From Octopus sinensis (lineage: Eukaryota), in NCBI RefSeq assembly GCF_006345805.1, contig NC_043005.1, forward strand, positions 82,398,001-82,462,000: DNA of 64,000 nt. The letters are read 5' to 3'. A program made the position numbers and the translations under genes. The notes beneath the pieces are model-generated. The model was given only the letters and a program-made list of their open reading frames with translations, was not told the DNA's origin and did not search any database. How positions within the stretch are numbered: the first letter of the stretch is position 1; every line of letters starts with the position of its first letter. This document shows positions 41,550 through 56,367 of the stretch, piece after piece.

Positions 41550-42799
41550 GATATAAACATTCATGTGTATATGTGTATGTATATATATATATAATTATAT
41601 ATCAACATAAGCCATCATCTGTGTGTGTGTGAGTGCACTTCTCATAGACATATAATGTTGTTGCGATGTGAAATGCAATGAGGGTCCGGAAAGATTCCAT
41701 TCCTTACCTTGCACATATATCAATGCTTTTTATGCGTTCGAAAATGAAGAAGGAAGTTCCATACTAGCTAATCCTGTATATAAGGCATTATGAGTTCTTT
41801 ATTCAGTTTTTCAAGTGTCGACAGTCACCAACAACGAAACTGGAAAGACGAACATCATTGAACGGAGATTTTGGTTTTACTCTACGAAGTTTGCATTTGT
41901 GAAATACTTGTGGTTTAAATATATTAAATGCACACTTATACTGCTGGCTTACTTGTTGATGTTTGCACTACAGACAAAGACGTACGTGACATACGCTTTT
42001 TGAAAACTGCTCGATTGTGTGCATGGCTTAAATAATACACACACAGTGTCAATATTCCCGCTAAATGGAGGCTCTTTCAACAGCAAAGGGAAAAGATAAC
42101 GAAAAGTGATGTGACATGTAAACGTGTGTATCTTCTTGAGATGTCCATTAGCAGGAAGTCCAGATAATTCATTTGTGAATGTTACAGAAGCTACATTTCA
42201 ATTTAGTCGTACTTAATTTCAACATGATCCCGAAGCTTTCATATTAAATTGAAGAGCGTCCTTCTTGAAATCCTTTCCCTTGTCACCGAAGAAAAATGAA
42301 TTGCACATGGGCAATTTGCTTTAGATTCTGTACATGGCGTTTAAGCTCATCCACTTGCATGTATGTAAATCAATGTGAGTTACGATTCTATTCATACTGC
42401 CTCACACTCGTCCATAGAAAGAAATCAACATATATTTCTTTGTTGCTGAACCTACAGTGTAACGAAAATATATTCATCACAGTGGAACAGAATAGGAGCT
42501 GACATTGATATATTCATTTGTTGGAAAGAATGAAGAAAATTGTTTTGGATTTCACTGGAATAAATGAATGAATATACACCGTAATTGATTCAATTATGCT
42601 TGCTTTACACTGAAAAGACTCATTAACTCTTTTATGTATCGACTCAATGCATCGAAATATGTTTACGGGTTTATAAATATCTCTACCTATTTCGGCCGTG
42701 AATTCCCTAAATAGCTGAGAGATGCAGAAAAGGAAATATCATACACAGAAAATGTAATACAACAACGATAACAACAACAACAATTATTATGATGATGAT

Positions 42800-42827
42800 T
42801 GTGTATCTATGTATGTATGTATGTATG

Positions 42828-42876
<49 letters not shown>

Positions 42877-42917
42877 ATCTGTCTACGTATGTACGAACAT
42901 ATGTATGTATATATATA

Positions 42918-42973
<56 letters not shown>

Positions 42974-42985
42974 ATACACACACAC

Positions 42986-43058
<73 letters not shown>

Positions 43059-43100
43059 TATATATATACAATATATACACATACACACATATATATAACT
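42800..43100. repeat. (TATG)n-(TATC)n-(TA)n compound microsatellite
   Basis: Direct reading of the sequence. Confidence 0.95.
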
Positions 43101-44385
43101 GTATGTACGAATATATGTAACTTGACCATATGTACATGCATATGTATAAGAGTTACAAAACTTTCAGGGTATCGATATTTTCTATACAGACTGATTTGAA
43201 ACCTATCATATAGCTACCTTTATATCGTAATATATTATTGCATAATTCCTGTAGTTTCATGCACGTCTTTGGTAATTTTTCAATATAAAAGAATTGGCAG
43301 TGGCATTCTACGAATATGACGTGAGTTGCTTAATTTCTTTTGTATGTAATGGAAAACCAGTTTCAGTAAAATAATTTTAGGTTTAAAAAACATGAAGAAA
43401 ATGAAAGCTCTAACTCAGATTTTTCTTAGCGTTTACATGAAATGGCATTTGAGTAAAATTTTAGATATATAATGACAGGAAGCGCACGATGTTTCTCCTA
43501 TGGATTCGTATTCGATACTTGCTGGTCAAAATCTTTCTAAATTAAACACAAATGGCCAAAAACTGAAATGGCCGAAATGGAAATTAATGGAAGACACATT
43601 ATGTGTGTTTAAATGAAGTAGTGTGGAAGTGCAGAAGTGTAGTAGCGCGGGGTAGAAGTGGTGTGGTTGCTGTGTATGTATACCGTATTAGGTGTAAAGA
43701 AAGTATGCATAAACGCACACATACAGATACACATATATACATGTGTGTGTGTCGATAATATTTCTAGAGTCACTTTGAAGCAGTGTTTAAATAATAGTTC
43801 TCGTGTGAAAATTTTAGTAAAGTTCTTGTCTTTCATGTTGAAGTATAGAGCGAGTATACTGCCGTCTTATGTAATTTCGCTTCCCACCATAGTAGTTTTA
43901 CACATATATTTAACTGTGTATCGAATCGAAGCCGGTAAAAAATTGAGTATTACATCATTCCGATTTTTAAGAATGTATTATTTCATTGATTATAATTCAT
44001 GTGCGTTTAGTCTTCCAAGCTAATGTTTGCAGCGGAATTGTGGATATTTATGTCGTATTCATGATTATATTTCAACAAGAGAATCACCCTCAAATATAGA
44101 TTTATTCAAATTCCTTTACTCATTTATTATTTCATTTGATCCAGGATTGCAACTGAACGGCTAAGGCAAACAAATTGTCACCAGTATTTATTATACATTT
44201 CAATTCGAGTACTTATAAGGTAAATTGCCGAACAGATAAATAACGAGGATGTAAAAAGACCAAAACATGTTGCCAAGCGGTGAGTAGGGCATGACCAAAG
44301 ACACGCACACAAAACACAAGCACACACACACACACATACGCTCATACACACACGCTCCTACATACATATATGCATACATGCATAC

Positions 44386-44449
<64 letters not shown>

Positions 44450-44618
44450 ATCTCATTACGCAAAAAATTCATATGTACACACGCTGACATAGAACCGAGG
44501 TTGAAGCCTTTATTCGCAATATTACCGAATCTGGGACTTAACTATGATATGTCTATAGCACTTATTCAGCATTACCTGACACTTTTGTGTCCATGACACC
44601 ATTATCTCTTATAACATC

Positions 44619-44649
<31 letters not shown>

Positions 44650-44654
<5 letters not shown>

Positions 44655-44822
44655 ATAGCTGATTGGCTTCCATACATTTTCCTTTTACAAAATTCACTTA
44701 CATGGCATTAGTCGGCACAGAGCTATAGTAGAACGTATTTGCACAAAGTGCCACGCTGTGGGATTGAACTCGAAACCACTTCTTTATTAAATAAACTTCG
44801 TCATATCACAGCCACGCCTGCT
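44650..44822 (-). mobile_element. Degraded family-A SINE 5' half
   Basis: GCTATAGTAGAA...AAAGTGCCACGCTGTGGGATTGAACTC...CACAGCCACGCCTGC. Confidence 0.7.
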
Positions 44823-45486
44823 AAATTTCATGCTAGAATTGTAGAATTTAAGAAACACAAATATAACATTTAGTTAAGAATCATTTCTCATGCAAGCGAC
44901 CTAATTGCAACAACAGGCAACATTCACTGGAAACAATATCAATTGCTCTTAACGTTGAACTACAATTAATGGAATTTATGCAAGAGTCTGAAATAAAATA
45001 GAAATAAATTAATAATTTAGTTAATAATAATTTTGTTATGAATTAAAGTATGAAATGTAACTATCAGACGTAGGTTGGAAAAACCAATTCACTGCCATAA
45101 ATTTAATTACCAAATGTTTACGTGAAATAATGTTATAATGTATGGCAGACATGTTGTGCATATAGAAAATGATTAATATGTGTTTGTGCCTGTATGTGCG
45201 TGTGTATGTATGTGTGTGTATGTTTATCTATATAAATATGATATTTATATACATCGATATACATGTATACATATATATGTATATACACGCATATAAATTT
45301 ATATGCATAGATATACATGTATACATGCATATATATTTATATATATAGATATACTTGTATACGTATACATGTATGCATAAATGTATATATTATATATATA
45401 CATTTATACACATGTATACGTATACATCTATATCTATGTATACATAGATATACATATGTCTGTGTTTGTGTTTTTGAATGTATTGT

Positions 45487-45517
<31 letters not shown>

Positions 45518-45924
45518 CGAGGAGGATAGGAAGTGTGATCCATAGAATAAATGTCATTATGATGCCATACGTACTAGATGATTTATTCGTCTGACAATCT
45601 CATTCTTTAAACATAATTTCCTGAGAGACAAAAAAAGCTAATAGTGAATATTGTTTGAACGCATTTACTTCTGAAATTACAACATTACTTACCGGGAAAT
45701 GCGTCAGAGATTGTATTGAAAATGTTAGTACAACTGTGAGTGTAGAAAAGAGAATGAAGTTAAACATATTTAGTGCACTTAATGAGACACTATGTCAGTT
45801 TCCATGGAACGGAATATGAGCTATGATTCTTAATTTTACAGGTTAAAAACTTAATCCTACTGTGTGAATCCACTTCAAACATTACTTGTTATCTCCAGAG
45901 ATTCTCTATAGAAATTATAGCCAG

Positions 45925-46350
45925 TACTAATTACCGCTATATTTACGTATTGATCTCCTTGTAGTCATCTAATTTGGTATTATTCTTCCCTTAAGGCAAT
46001 CCCGAAGTGATTCCCTCATCATACTATGTAAACTACTGAATTTCTTTAGCCTGTACTTTTCAGTTAAATCTGGTCCTGTGCCCTTCCAATTCGGCCATTT
46101 TCCTAACATTTTAATCATTAATGCACTGATTAATCTTATATATGGCTCCTTCTCACTCGCTACTTCTTCCCTCATTTTCTTTAAACATACTGCATCTCCA
46201 TTATGATTGACTGGTTTATCCCAAATATTACTCCAGAACTTCCTAGTATCCTCTGCATGAAGTTCCTCATCTTCAGTACTTTTTCTCCACTATTTATTTA
46301 GTTATTAAATCTCCTCTGGTCTGTCTCAAATAATCTGTTGATACTGATCT
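45925..46350 (-). mobile_element. R4/Dong-like non-LTR retrotransposon ORF fragment (region upstream of RT)
   Basis: RLFETDQRRF..., KFWSNIWDKPVNHNGDAVCLKKMREEV..., MLGKWPNWKGTGPDL..., FSSLHSMMRESLRDCL...IPN*MT, with stops and frameshifts. Confidence 0.8.
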
Positions 46351-46534
46351 ATTCTTTTCTGATATCTGGAGAGCTCGTCTGCTACTGTTATGATATGCGA
46401 ATACGACTAATCAATTACCGTCATAAATCTTTTCTCTTTGACTATATATCTGTTCTCGAGGGAAGATTGCAACTTGTGTTTCCTAACTTGTTCAGTTTCC
46501 AGGTTTCTATACTACTCACATCTTGTCTTAAATT

Positions 46535-46678
46535 ATGATGATGATGATGATGATGATGGTAATGACGATCATCCTCATCGTCGTCGTCATGATCTTGATC
46601 ATCATTACTCTTACTATTATGATCATTATTATTATTATTATTATTATAATTATTATTTTTATTATTATCGTCATCAAA
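46535..46678. repeat. (ATG)/(ATC)/(ATT) trinucleotide repeat
   Basis: Direct reading of the sequence. Confidence 0.93.
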
Positions 46679-47252
46679 TGGGCTTCTATGGAGAATCATT
46701 AGGATTTCGGTGAAAATGATTAGTTGAGTTTCTTCCTGTTCTTTACGTTCTGACACCGCCCATATCACCTTTGCTTTACCTTTCATTATTTCGATGAAAT
46801 ATATTACACAGGAACCCTAAGGTTGATGTGATCTGGGAGTCTCCTTCCCTTAAATTGCTTCCATGTTAGAAAGGATTAATAATTCAGCTGTTGTATTATA
46901 ATGTTTCCTAATATAAAGAAAAACTCATTAATTTTCAAGTGAAAGTGTTACTTGTTACTACTAATTGTGGTTTTTGACTGCTACACACTTTTACCGTCTA
47001 CGGCTGGATGAGAGGCAAACATGACTTCGGCGTGTTTTGAGCTCAGAATATACGGTTAAGTTTTTCTCCGATGTCAACCTTTCCGATTCTCGCTCGGGAA
47101 TTAATAAAATTAACGCACCAGTCAAGCCCTGGATCTCATGATATCAACATATATCTGCTGCCCTTGTACCAACTTAGAATGCTATAAACATGGTAAGCTG
47201 GAAGAATCACCACACTTAGGTTAGGTACGGAAAAATGCGCCCTTGGAGTAGA

Positions 47253-47831
47253 GCGCGTCGATGCAGCATCGGGTAAAATGCATTGTGTTATGTGTTCAAG
47301 TATTTTGCATTCTGAGTTCAAATTCTACGAAGTCAACTTCATGTATCTGAAGATGCACCGTTGCAGAATTGCGCGTCGCAGCAGCATCGGGTAAAATGCA
47401 TTGTGTTATCTGTTCGGGTATTTAGTGTTCTGAGTTCAAATCCTACGGAGTCAACTTCACCATTTATTTGTTCACGTTTCTTCGTTAAAATACTGTGATA
47501 TACAAGTACTTGGGACAATGGGACAGTCTAATCTGTCATTACAAATCTGCTGACTTTTTGCTTAGGTTTACCGAATACAAAATCTTTGAACATATGATAC
47601 TAATACTGGTTTCAAATTCTGGCTCAAGGCCAGCAATTCTACGGAGGGTCAGGTCCATTACATCAACCTCAGTCTTGATCTCATACTTATTTTATCAACT
47701 CCAAAATGTTTAATGGCACAATCGGCTTAATTTGAACTGAGAACGGAAATACATAAAAAACGGGGTTAATGTAATTGACATAACCCCTCCTCGAAATTGC
47801 TGGCCTTGTGCCAAAATTTGAAACCAATATT
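47253..47831. mobile_element. Cluster of degraded family-B SINE pieces (tandem heads plus an inverted tail pair)
   Basis: Direct repeat 47253-47341 / 47371-47459; inverted arms 47602-47638 / 47795-47831. Confidence 0.7.
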
Positions 47832-48244
47832 GATATTCATGTGAAAGCGTTAAATAACAGTATTTAATCCACTAATTACTAAAATTTTCAAAAAAAGAAA
47901 AGAAAACCTCAGAAAATCAATAAATTTTATATCTTAACCTTTTGAAAAATTAGCATTTTAAATATTGTGATTCAAATTTCTGTTAGATGTATTTGATAAG
48001 AATCTTCAACTGATTGATAAGGGTTGCAACATGGTTCTACGGTTTCCAATATAAAATAAAACGGAAATATTTAAATGTCTGTATATATGAATATCTATGT
48101 CAAGATACACATACATACATGCATGTATATGGGTACACACACATCACACACACACACATACACGTGTGTGTGTGTGTGTACACACTAATATATGTATAAG
48201 CCTTTACAAAATGTTATTTTAGGAAACGTATCTTTGTATGTATG

Positions 48245-48254
48245 TATAATGTAT

Positions 48255-48308
<54 letters not shown>

Positions 48309-48358
48309 CCTACCTACCTACCTACCTACCTACCTACCTACCTACCTACCTACCTACC

Positions 48359-48396
<38 letters not shown>

Positions 48397-49878
48397 GATA
48401 TAGAGATAGATATAGAGATAGAGATAGAGATAGATATAGAGATAGATATAGATATAAAGATAGATAGAGATAGAGAGATAGATATAGAGAAAGATATAGA
48501 GATAGATATAGATATAGATATAGAGATAGATATAGAGATAGATATAGATATAGAGATAGAGATAGATATAGATATAGATATAGAGATAGATATAGAGATA
48601 GAGATAGAGATAGATATAGATATAGAGATAGATATAGATATAGATATAGAGATAGATATAGAGATAGATATAGAGATAGATATAGAGATAGATATAGAGA
48701 TAGATATAGAGATAGATATAGAGATAGATATAGAGATAGATATAGAGATAGATATAGAGATAGAGATAGATATAGAGATAGAGATAGATATAGATAGATA
48801 TATAGATAGATAGATATAGATAGATAGATATAGATAGATATATAGATATAGATAGATATATAGAGATAGATAGATATAGATAGATAGATATAGATAGATA
48901 GATAGATATAGATATAGATAGATATAGATAGATATAGATAGATATAGATAGATATAGATATAGATAGATATAGATATAGATAGATATAGATAGATATAGA
49001 TATAGATAGATAGATATAGATATAGATATAGATAGATATAGATATAGATATAGATAGATATAGATATAGATATAGATATAGATATAGATATAGATATAGA
49101 TAGATATATATATAGAGATAGATATAGAGATATATATAGATATAGATATAGATAGATAGATAGATATATAGATATATAGATAGATAGATAGATATAGATA
49201 GATAGATATAGATAGATAGATATAGATATAGATAGATATAGATAGATATAGATAGATAGATATAGATAGATATAGATAGATAGATATAGATAGATAGATA
49301 TAGATAGATATATATAGATAGATATAGATAGATAGATACAGATAGATAGATAAAGATAGATAGATATAGATAGATATAGAAAGATAGATAGATATAGATA
49401 GATAGATAGATATAGATAGATAGATATAGATAGATATATATAGATAGATATAGATAGATATAGATAGATATAGATAGATAGATAGATAGATATAGATAGA
49501 TATAGATAGATATAGATAGATATAGATATAGATAAGATATAGATATATATATATATATATATATCTATAATATATTGTATATATCTATATATATAATCTA
49601 TATATATATATATATATCTATATATATATATCTATACATATATATATATTATATATATCTATCATATATATCTATATATATATATATATATCTATATCTA
49701 TCTATATCTATATATATCTATATCTATATATATATCTATATATTATCTATATTATATATATAATATCTATGTATATATATCTAGTATATATATATATGTA
49801 TATATATCTATGATATATATTATGTATATATATCTATATATATATATCTATATATATATATCTATCTATATATCTATA

Positions 49879-49932
<54 letters not shown>

Positions 49933-49944
49933 TATATATATATA

Positions 49945-49985
<41 letters not shown>

Positions 49986-50020
49986 ATATATATATATATA
50001 TATCTATATATATATATATA

Positions 50021-50099
<79 letters not shown>

Positions 50100-50134
50100 A
50101 TATATATATTATATATCTACATTATATATATATC

Positions 50135-50169
<35 letters not shown>

Positions 50170-50216
50170 ATATATCTATATAATATATCTCTATATATAT
50201 ATATATCTAATATATC

Positions 50217-50250
<34 letters not shown>

Positions 50251-51729
50251 ATATATCTATATATCTATATATATATATCTAATATATATCTATATATATA
50301 TATAATATATAATATATATATATCTATATATATATATCTCTTTATATATATATAATCTATATATATATATATATCTATAATATAATATATCTTTATATAT
50401 ATATATCTATATATAATATATATCTTTATCTATATATATATCTATATATATATATAATTCTTTATATATATATATATCTATATATATATATATCTATAAT
50501 ATAATATATATCTTTATATATATATATCTAATATAATATATAATCTTTATATATATATATCTATATATATATATCTTTATATATATATATCATATATATA
50601 TATACTTTATATATATATATCTATATATATATATCTTTATATATATATATCTATATAATATATATCTTTATATATATATATCTATATATATATCTTTATA
50701 TTATATATCTTTATATATATATCTATATATATATATATATCTATAATATATATATATTCTATATATATATATATATCTATATATATATATCTATATATAT
50801 ATATTATCTATATATATCTTATATATCTATATATTATATATCTATCTATATATATATATCTATCTATATATATATATCTATATATATATATCTATCTATA
50901 TATATATATATCTATATATATATATATATATATCTATATTATATATATCTATATATATATTATATATCTATATATATATATCTATATATATATATATCCA
51001 TATATATATATATCTATTATATATATATAATCCATATTATATATATCTATATATATATATATCTATCTATATATATATCTATATATAATATCTATATCTA
51101 TATATATCTATATCTATATAATATCTATATCTATATATATCTCTTCCCTGTTGCCCGCTCTGGGATCTTTCTTTTTCCTCTCTCTTCCTTCTTTATATAT
51201 ATATCTATATATATATATAATCTATATCTATATAATATATCTATCTATATATATATATCTATATATATATATCTATCTATATATATATATATCTATATAT
51301 ATATATATATTATATATCTATATATATATATATCTATATATATATATATATCTATATATATATATATATCTATATATTAATATACCATATATATATATAT
51401 CTATATATATATATATATCCTATATATCTATATCTATTATATATATATATATCTATATATATATATCTATATATATATATCTATATCTATATATATCTAT
51501 ATTATATATATCTAATCTATATATATCTATATCTATATATATCTCTTCCCTGTTGCCCGCTCTGGGATATCTTTCTTTCCTCTCTCTTCCTTCTTTATGT
51601 TTCCGACGAAGATCTCCGCTCGAAACGTCATACCTCCCTGCTTCCATCTCCTGAGCGCCTATTAAAATTAAAATACTGTAATTGTTCCTGTTGTTGTTGT
51701 TTTTTTGTTTCCCTTTTGGATAATTATAT

Positions 51730-51761
<32 letters not shown>

Positions 51762-52168
51762 ATATATATCTATATATATATATATATATCTCTATATATA
51801 TATATATATATATATTATCTATCTATATAATATATATATATCTATATATATATATATATATCTATATATATATATATATATATCTATATATATATATATA
51901 TCTATATCATATATATCTCTATCTATATATATCTATATATATATATATATCTATATCTATATATCTATATATATATTATATATATATCTATATCTATATA
52001 TATCTATATCTATATATATCTATATATATATATATATCTATATCTATATATATCTATATCTATATATATCTATATATATATATCTATATCTATATATATC
52101 TATATATATATATCTATATCTAATATTCTATATTATATATATCTATATCTATATATATCTATATCTAT

Positions 52169-52229
<61 letters not shown>

Positions 52230-52230
52230 C
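48245..52230. repeat. About 4-kb compound simple-repeat array: (TCTA)(CCTA)(TCTG), then (GATA/GATATA)n, then (TATC/TA)n
   Basis: Direct reading; motif strand switches at about 48395 and about 49550. Confidence 0.97.
51543..51665 (+). mobile_element. Penelope-like fragment with a hammerhead-like motif; its first about 55 bp are duplicated at 51142-51195
   Basis: CCGACGA-A-GATC-TCC-GCTC-GAAAC-GTC at 51603-51629. Confidence 0.5.
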
Positions 52231-52744
52231 TCTCTCTCGCTCTCTCTCTGTTTCTATTTATCGCTCCCGATCTCTACAGAAAAGAGTAACGGAGATATTG
52301 AGGTACACGGAAAGAGGTGTAAGTGAAGAATTTCTGTTTAATCAAGCAAATGAAAACGAATGTAATTCATATATTTTCTATTACGTAAAACTGTAAACGC
52401 CATTCAATGAATTTCTTCGTTTTATACACGACTTTGTGTTTGTGCATGTGTGGATATGTATCTTTTTGTAAATGGATATGAAAATGTGTACATGTGTCCC
52501 AATATTTGATCTGCAGATATGTGCCTATTCTCTTTGCGTTTGTGTTAAAGTTTATGAATATCTCCGTTTTGTCTATTTGTACTTTGTAAATATGTGTACG
52601 TTTGTATACAGTGTCGTTTACTATTATTACACATGTCTGTTCATATCCACGTATTATAACTGACTTGTCCCTCTAACAAATTGCATTGATGTATGTGTGA
52701 GATAGTATGCCTTGTGTCCACATGTGTTTATATACATGCAAAGT

Positions 52745-53050
52745 AAAGGCAGGTGGCTTAGTGGTTAGGGTATACGTCTCACAGTCGTAAGGCCGTGGGT
52801 TCAATTCTTCACGGTGACCTCTGTCCTTGAACAATGCGCTTTATTTTACGCTGTTCCAGTTCGAGCATCTGGCAAAAATGAATCGTACCTGTAATCCAAA
52901 GAGCTAGCCATGTCACATTCTCCTTGATAACTACGTTAAGCGTACGTGTGTCTGTGGTGTACTCATCCACTTGCACGTTAATTTCATGAGCAGGTTGTTC
53001 CAGTGTTCGGATAAACGGGAACATTCGTCATCATAACTGACGGAGAGCCA
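52745..53050 (+). mobile_element. SINE related to family C (tRNA head, different central domain, same 3' tail)
   Basis: GTGGCTTAGTGGTTAGG...GGGTTCAATTC head; CACGTTAATTTCATGAGCAGG...ACTGACGGAG tail shared with 18804-19187. Confidence 0.8.
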
Positions 53051-54682
53051 GTTTAAAAAAATATTCATGTAATTGAGGTTTTCCCTATCTTGCCTTTCAG
53101 TTCTTATCATACACGACATTTTTTGGTAAAGACTTTTTCTTATAATAATGAACACAATTCTTCAATCTTGAGGCGTCGACGTTTATGAATCCCTTAACAG
53201 CCTTAATGACAAACACAAACATTTTTCAAAACTAGGCAACATATATAATGTCAGACCAGTATTTGATTGAGTTTCAGGGGTAAGTCAAGCGCTTATCACT
53301 GAATGTTAAGTTCAAGATATATTTCTGACATAATAAAAATCATCATCAGATCAATTTCCTCATATATTTAGCAAACTACTGTTAAATTCTATTTTCACTC
53401 CCTGCAACATTTTATGTAATCAATTTTAAATTAATTGTAATTCCTCACCTCACCACAACATCTATAGTAGCACCCTCCTATTTCTGTCACAGAACATTGA
53501 TTATGATGCAAAATATCTTAAATACCGTGTGTGAATAATGCATCCATACTTATATATGTGTATATGTATGTATGTCTGCCTGCCTGTATGTATGTATTAT
53601 GTTTGTATGTATATATATATATATTCATGTATGTGTATAGATATATATATTTATTTATGTGTAGATTCACATGCATGCATATATGTGTATATCTATCTAT
53701 CTATATATATATATATTATATATATATATATATAATATATATATATATATATGTATACACATGTGTGTGGGCATGTGTGCGTATATGTATATGAAATTCA
53801 CGTGCACTCAATGTTCAAATGTAAACAGTGAAACTCCTTCAAACGTCTTGATTTTGTACACAACAAAATGTAATAGATCGCTTCCAATAATTAGTGCTTG
53901 GTGTAATAATACAATTAGTATGGTAATGTGATTGTTTTTCGTAATTTGGGGAAAAAGATTTTTTTTCCCATTTTATTTTTATTCCAACTAATTCAATTGC
54001 TTTCCTTTGCATAATTTTGTTCCCCAGTTTTTTTAATAAAAATTTCGTGAACACTCCCTTTTCGTTTTTAGAACGGATTTTTTATTTTATTGAATCCAAA
54101 TGTAATTAGATACCAGAATGCCTTTATTTGAAACAATGTCGTTCATTGCGTCTGTTTCTTTATTTTTTAAACTGAAAAGCATTTCTATATTATTCTATTA
54201 AGTTACAGCTCGTAACTTTACATCTATGAAGACATCTCTAAGACAATTGATGGTATTTATTCCTTCAACAAATATATATTGTACAAAGATGTTCTTCCCA
54301 CATCATTTCTACACACAATGAATCGTGCAAAAAACACGCTCAATTAATTGAAATTACCTTACTATGTATCGAAAAAAATCTGAAACATAAAATCGGGCTT
54401 TTTGAAAATCCTATCCAAAAAGAGGGAATTAATTTCAAGGAGAATCCAGAAAAATTAAATTAATCTGTAACTTGTGTCAGTCTTTGAGTGCGGCCATGCG
54501 ACAGCACCAATTGTCGATTTAGTTGTAAAATAGATGCCATTAATTCTTTTAAAGTTTTGTACTTGATCTATCGTTCCGTTTTGCCTAACAGCTAATTATC
54601 TTGAGCGTAAACAACCCCAAGACACACACACACACCGTGACGCACATACACAGGCAAATAATGCATATATATACATATACAT

Positions 54683-54726
<44 letters not shown>

Positions 54727-56367
54727 GATGGAGATCCACACAGTATCCGCCAATCAAATTCACACCGAAGACATTGTGTGTCCGGATTCTATAGTAGAAA
54801 ATACTTGCTCAGTGTGAACCAGGAGCTTCATAACCACAAAAGCTACTCTGCATCTATGCAAATTACATAGGAAAAAAATTACCTCTAACACTTTTCCTAC
54901 AAGCACCAAAAACAAAAATTCTTTCCCTCACAAGCAAAGTTAACGTTATAATACAGAGATGAAAACTTAAAATTAAATTCATAGAGGTTAATTCTCAATT
55001 GAAACCGCGCTCCTATAAATTGTGAGGTGATAAAACCTAAACAGGTAAAGAAAAAATTATCAAAGTATAGGCTGATTTCAGGCTAATACTTAAAATCAAA
55101 CCTCACTTTTTTATAGACTACGATACAATGTCTACCACACAATAGCAAGGGAAAAGATGTCGAAAACAACCCGTAGGAATTATACAGCTGCATGCTTTTG
55201 GCTCTCATTCCATCTCTCTTTATGCCCACACTTCTAAGACATATTCGTGTATGCGTATATGTATGAATATGGATATGCCTGCGAATATATATATATATAT
55301 ATTAATGTATGTATATGCATGTATTTTTTAATACATGCGTGTGTATGTATATGGTGTTTTTGTGTGTGTATATGTATATATGCATCTCTGCATGTGTGTA
55401 TGTGTGAGTGTGCATATATACATATATATATATATATAACAATTAAATAATAAGGGAGTTATATTGAATATTAATTTAATTAATATCAATGTAAAACCAG
55501 TAGCCTATCATATAAAACTCTGAAAAATTCTTGATTTTTATATAATTTTCATCTGTCTTGCCCGCTTATGTTCTGGTGTTCGCTGGCATTTTCTCTGGAG
55601 AACATTCTTTCTTTGTTGTTAGATCGTATATGATCTCCTTCTAGCGTATGGTTACCCACCTAGTGGTTTAGCCCTATACACACACACACACACACGCACA
55701 CACACACACATGTATATATATATATATATGTTTATTTCCTTCTCCAAGCATTTCACAATAACGGTATTTTAATTTATACTTGTTTTTCCCATTGAACTGC
55801 GGCCATACTGGTGTACCACTTTGGGTTTTTCACGAATGAATCCACACCAGTACTTAGTTTTGAAGCCTGGTGTTTACACTATCGGTTTTGTGGTCGAAGC
55901 TATTTTGTGGACCATATAACTAGGAAGCAAACTTCTTCCTACACAGATGCACCAGATGCTATCGATATGTGCTCATATATTAAATGGTTACTTAGGGATG
56001 GGAAATATTTACTCTTTACACTTTACTAGTAATTGTATTCCTAAAAGCTTCAAGACATATTTCATTAAAACGAAGATGGAGAAATCAATATGTTTGATAA
56101 GATAATTATATAGACATGTCAACACAGATTTTGGCTTTGAATTATTACGTTGTGTTGTGATGTCTTCTTAAACATTACGTTTTATGAATGCCTATTTTTT
56201 GAATGTTGGTGTGCGCAACATTTCAGTGGGTGTCTGTATATACATACATACATACATACGTGCATATATATATGTATATAGATTTACATTTATGTCTCTG
56301 TCTGTTTCCATCCCAGTATACACTTCGACATACGTACTTACATACATACATACATGCATGCATACAT

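Noticed and set aside
49575-52123. Long YI/IS-repeat ORFs (up to 181 aa), and similar ORFs at 10432, 16718, 26853, 27554, 29914, 42789 and 60380
   Set aside because: Pure microsatellite translation artefacts.
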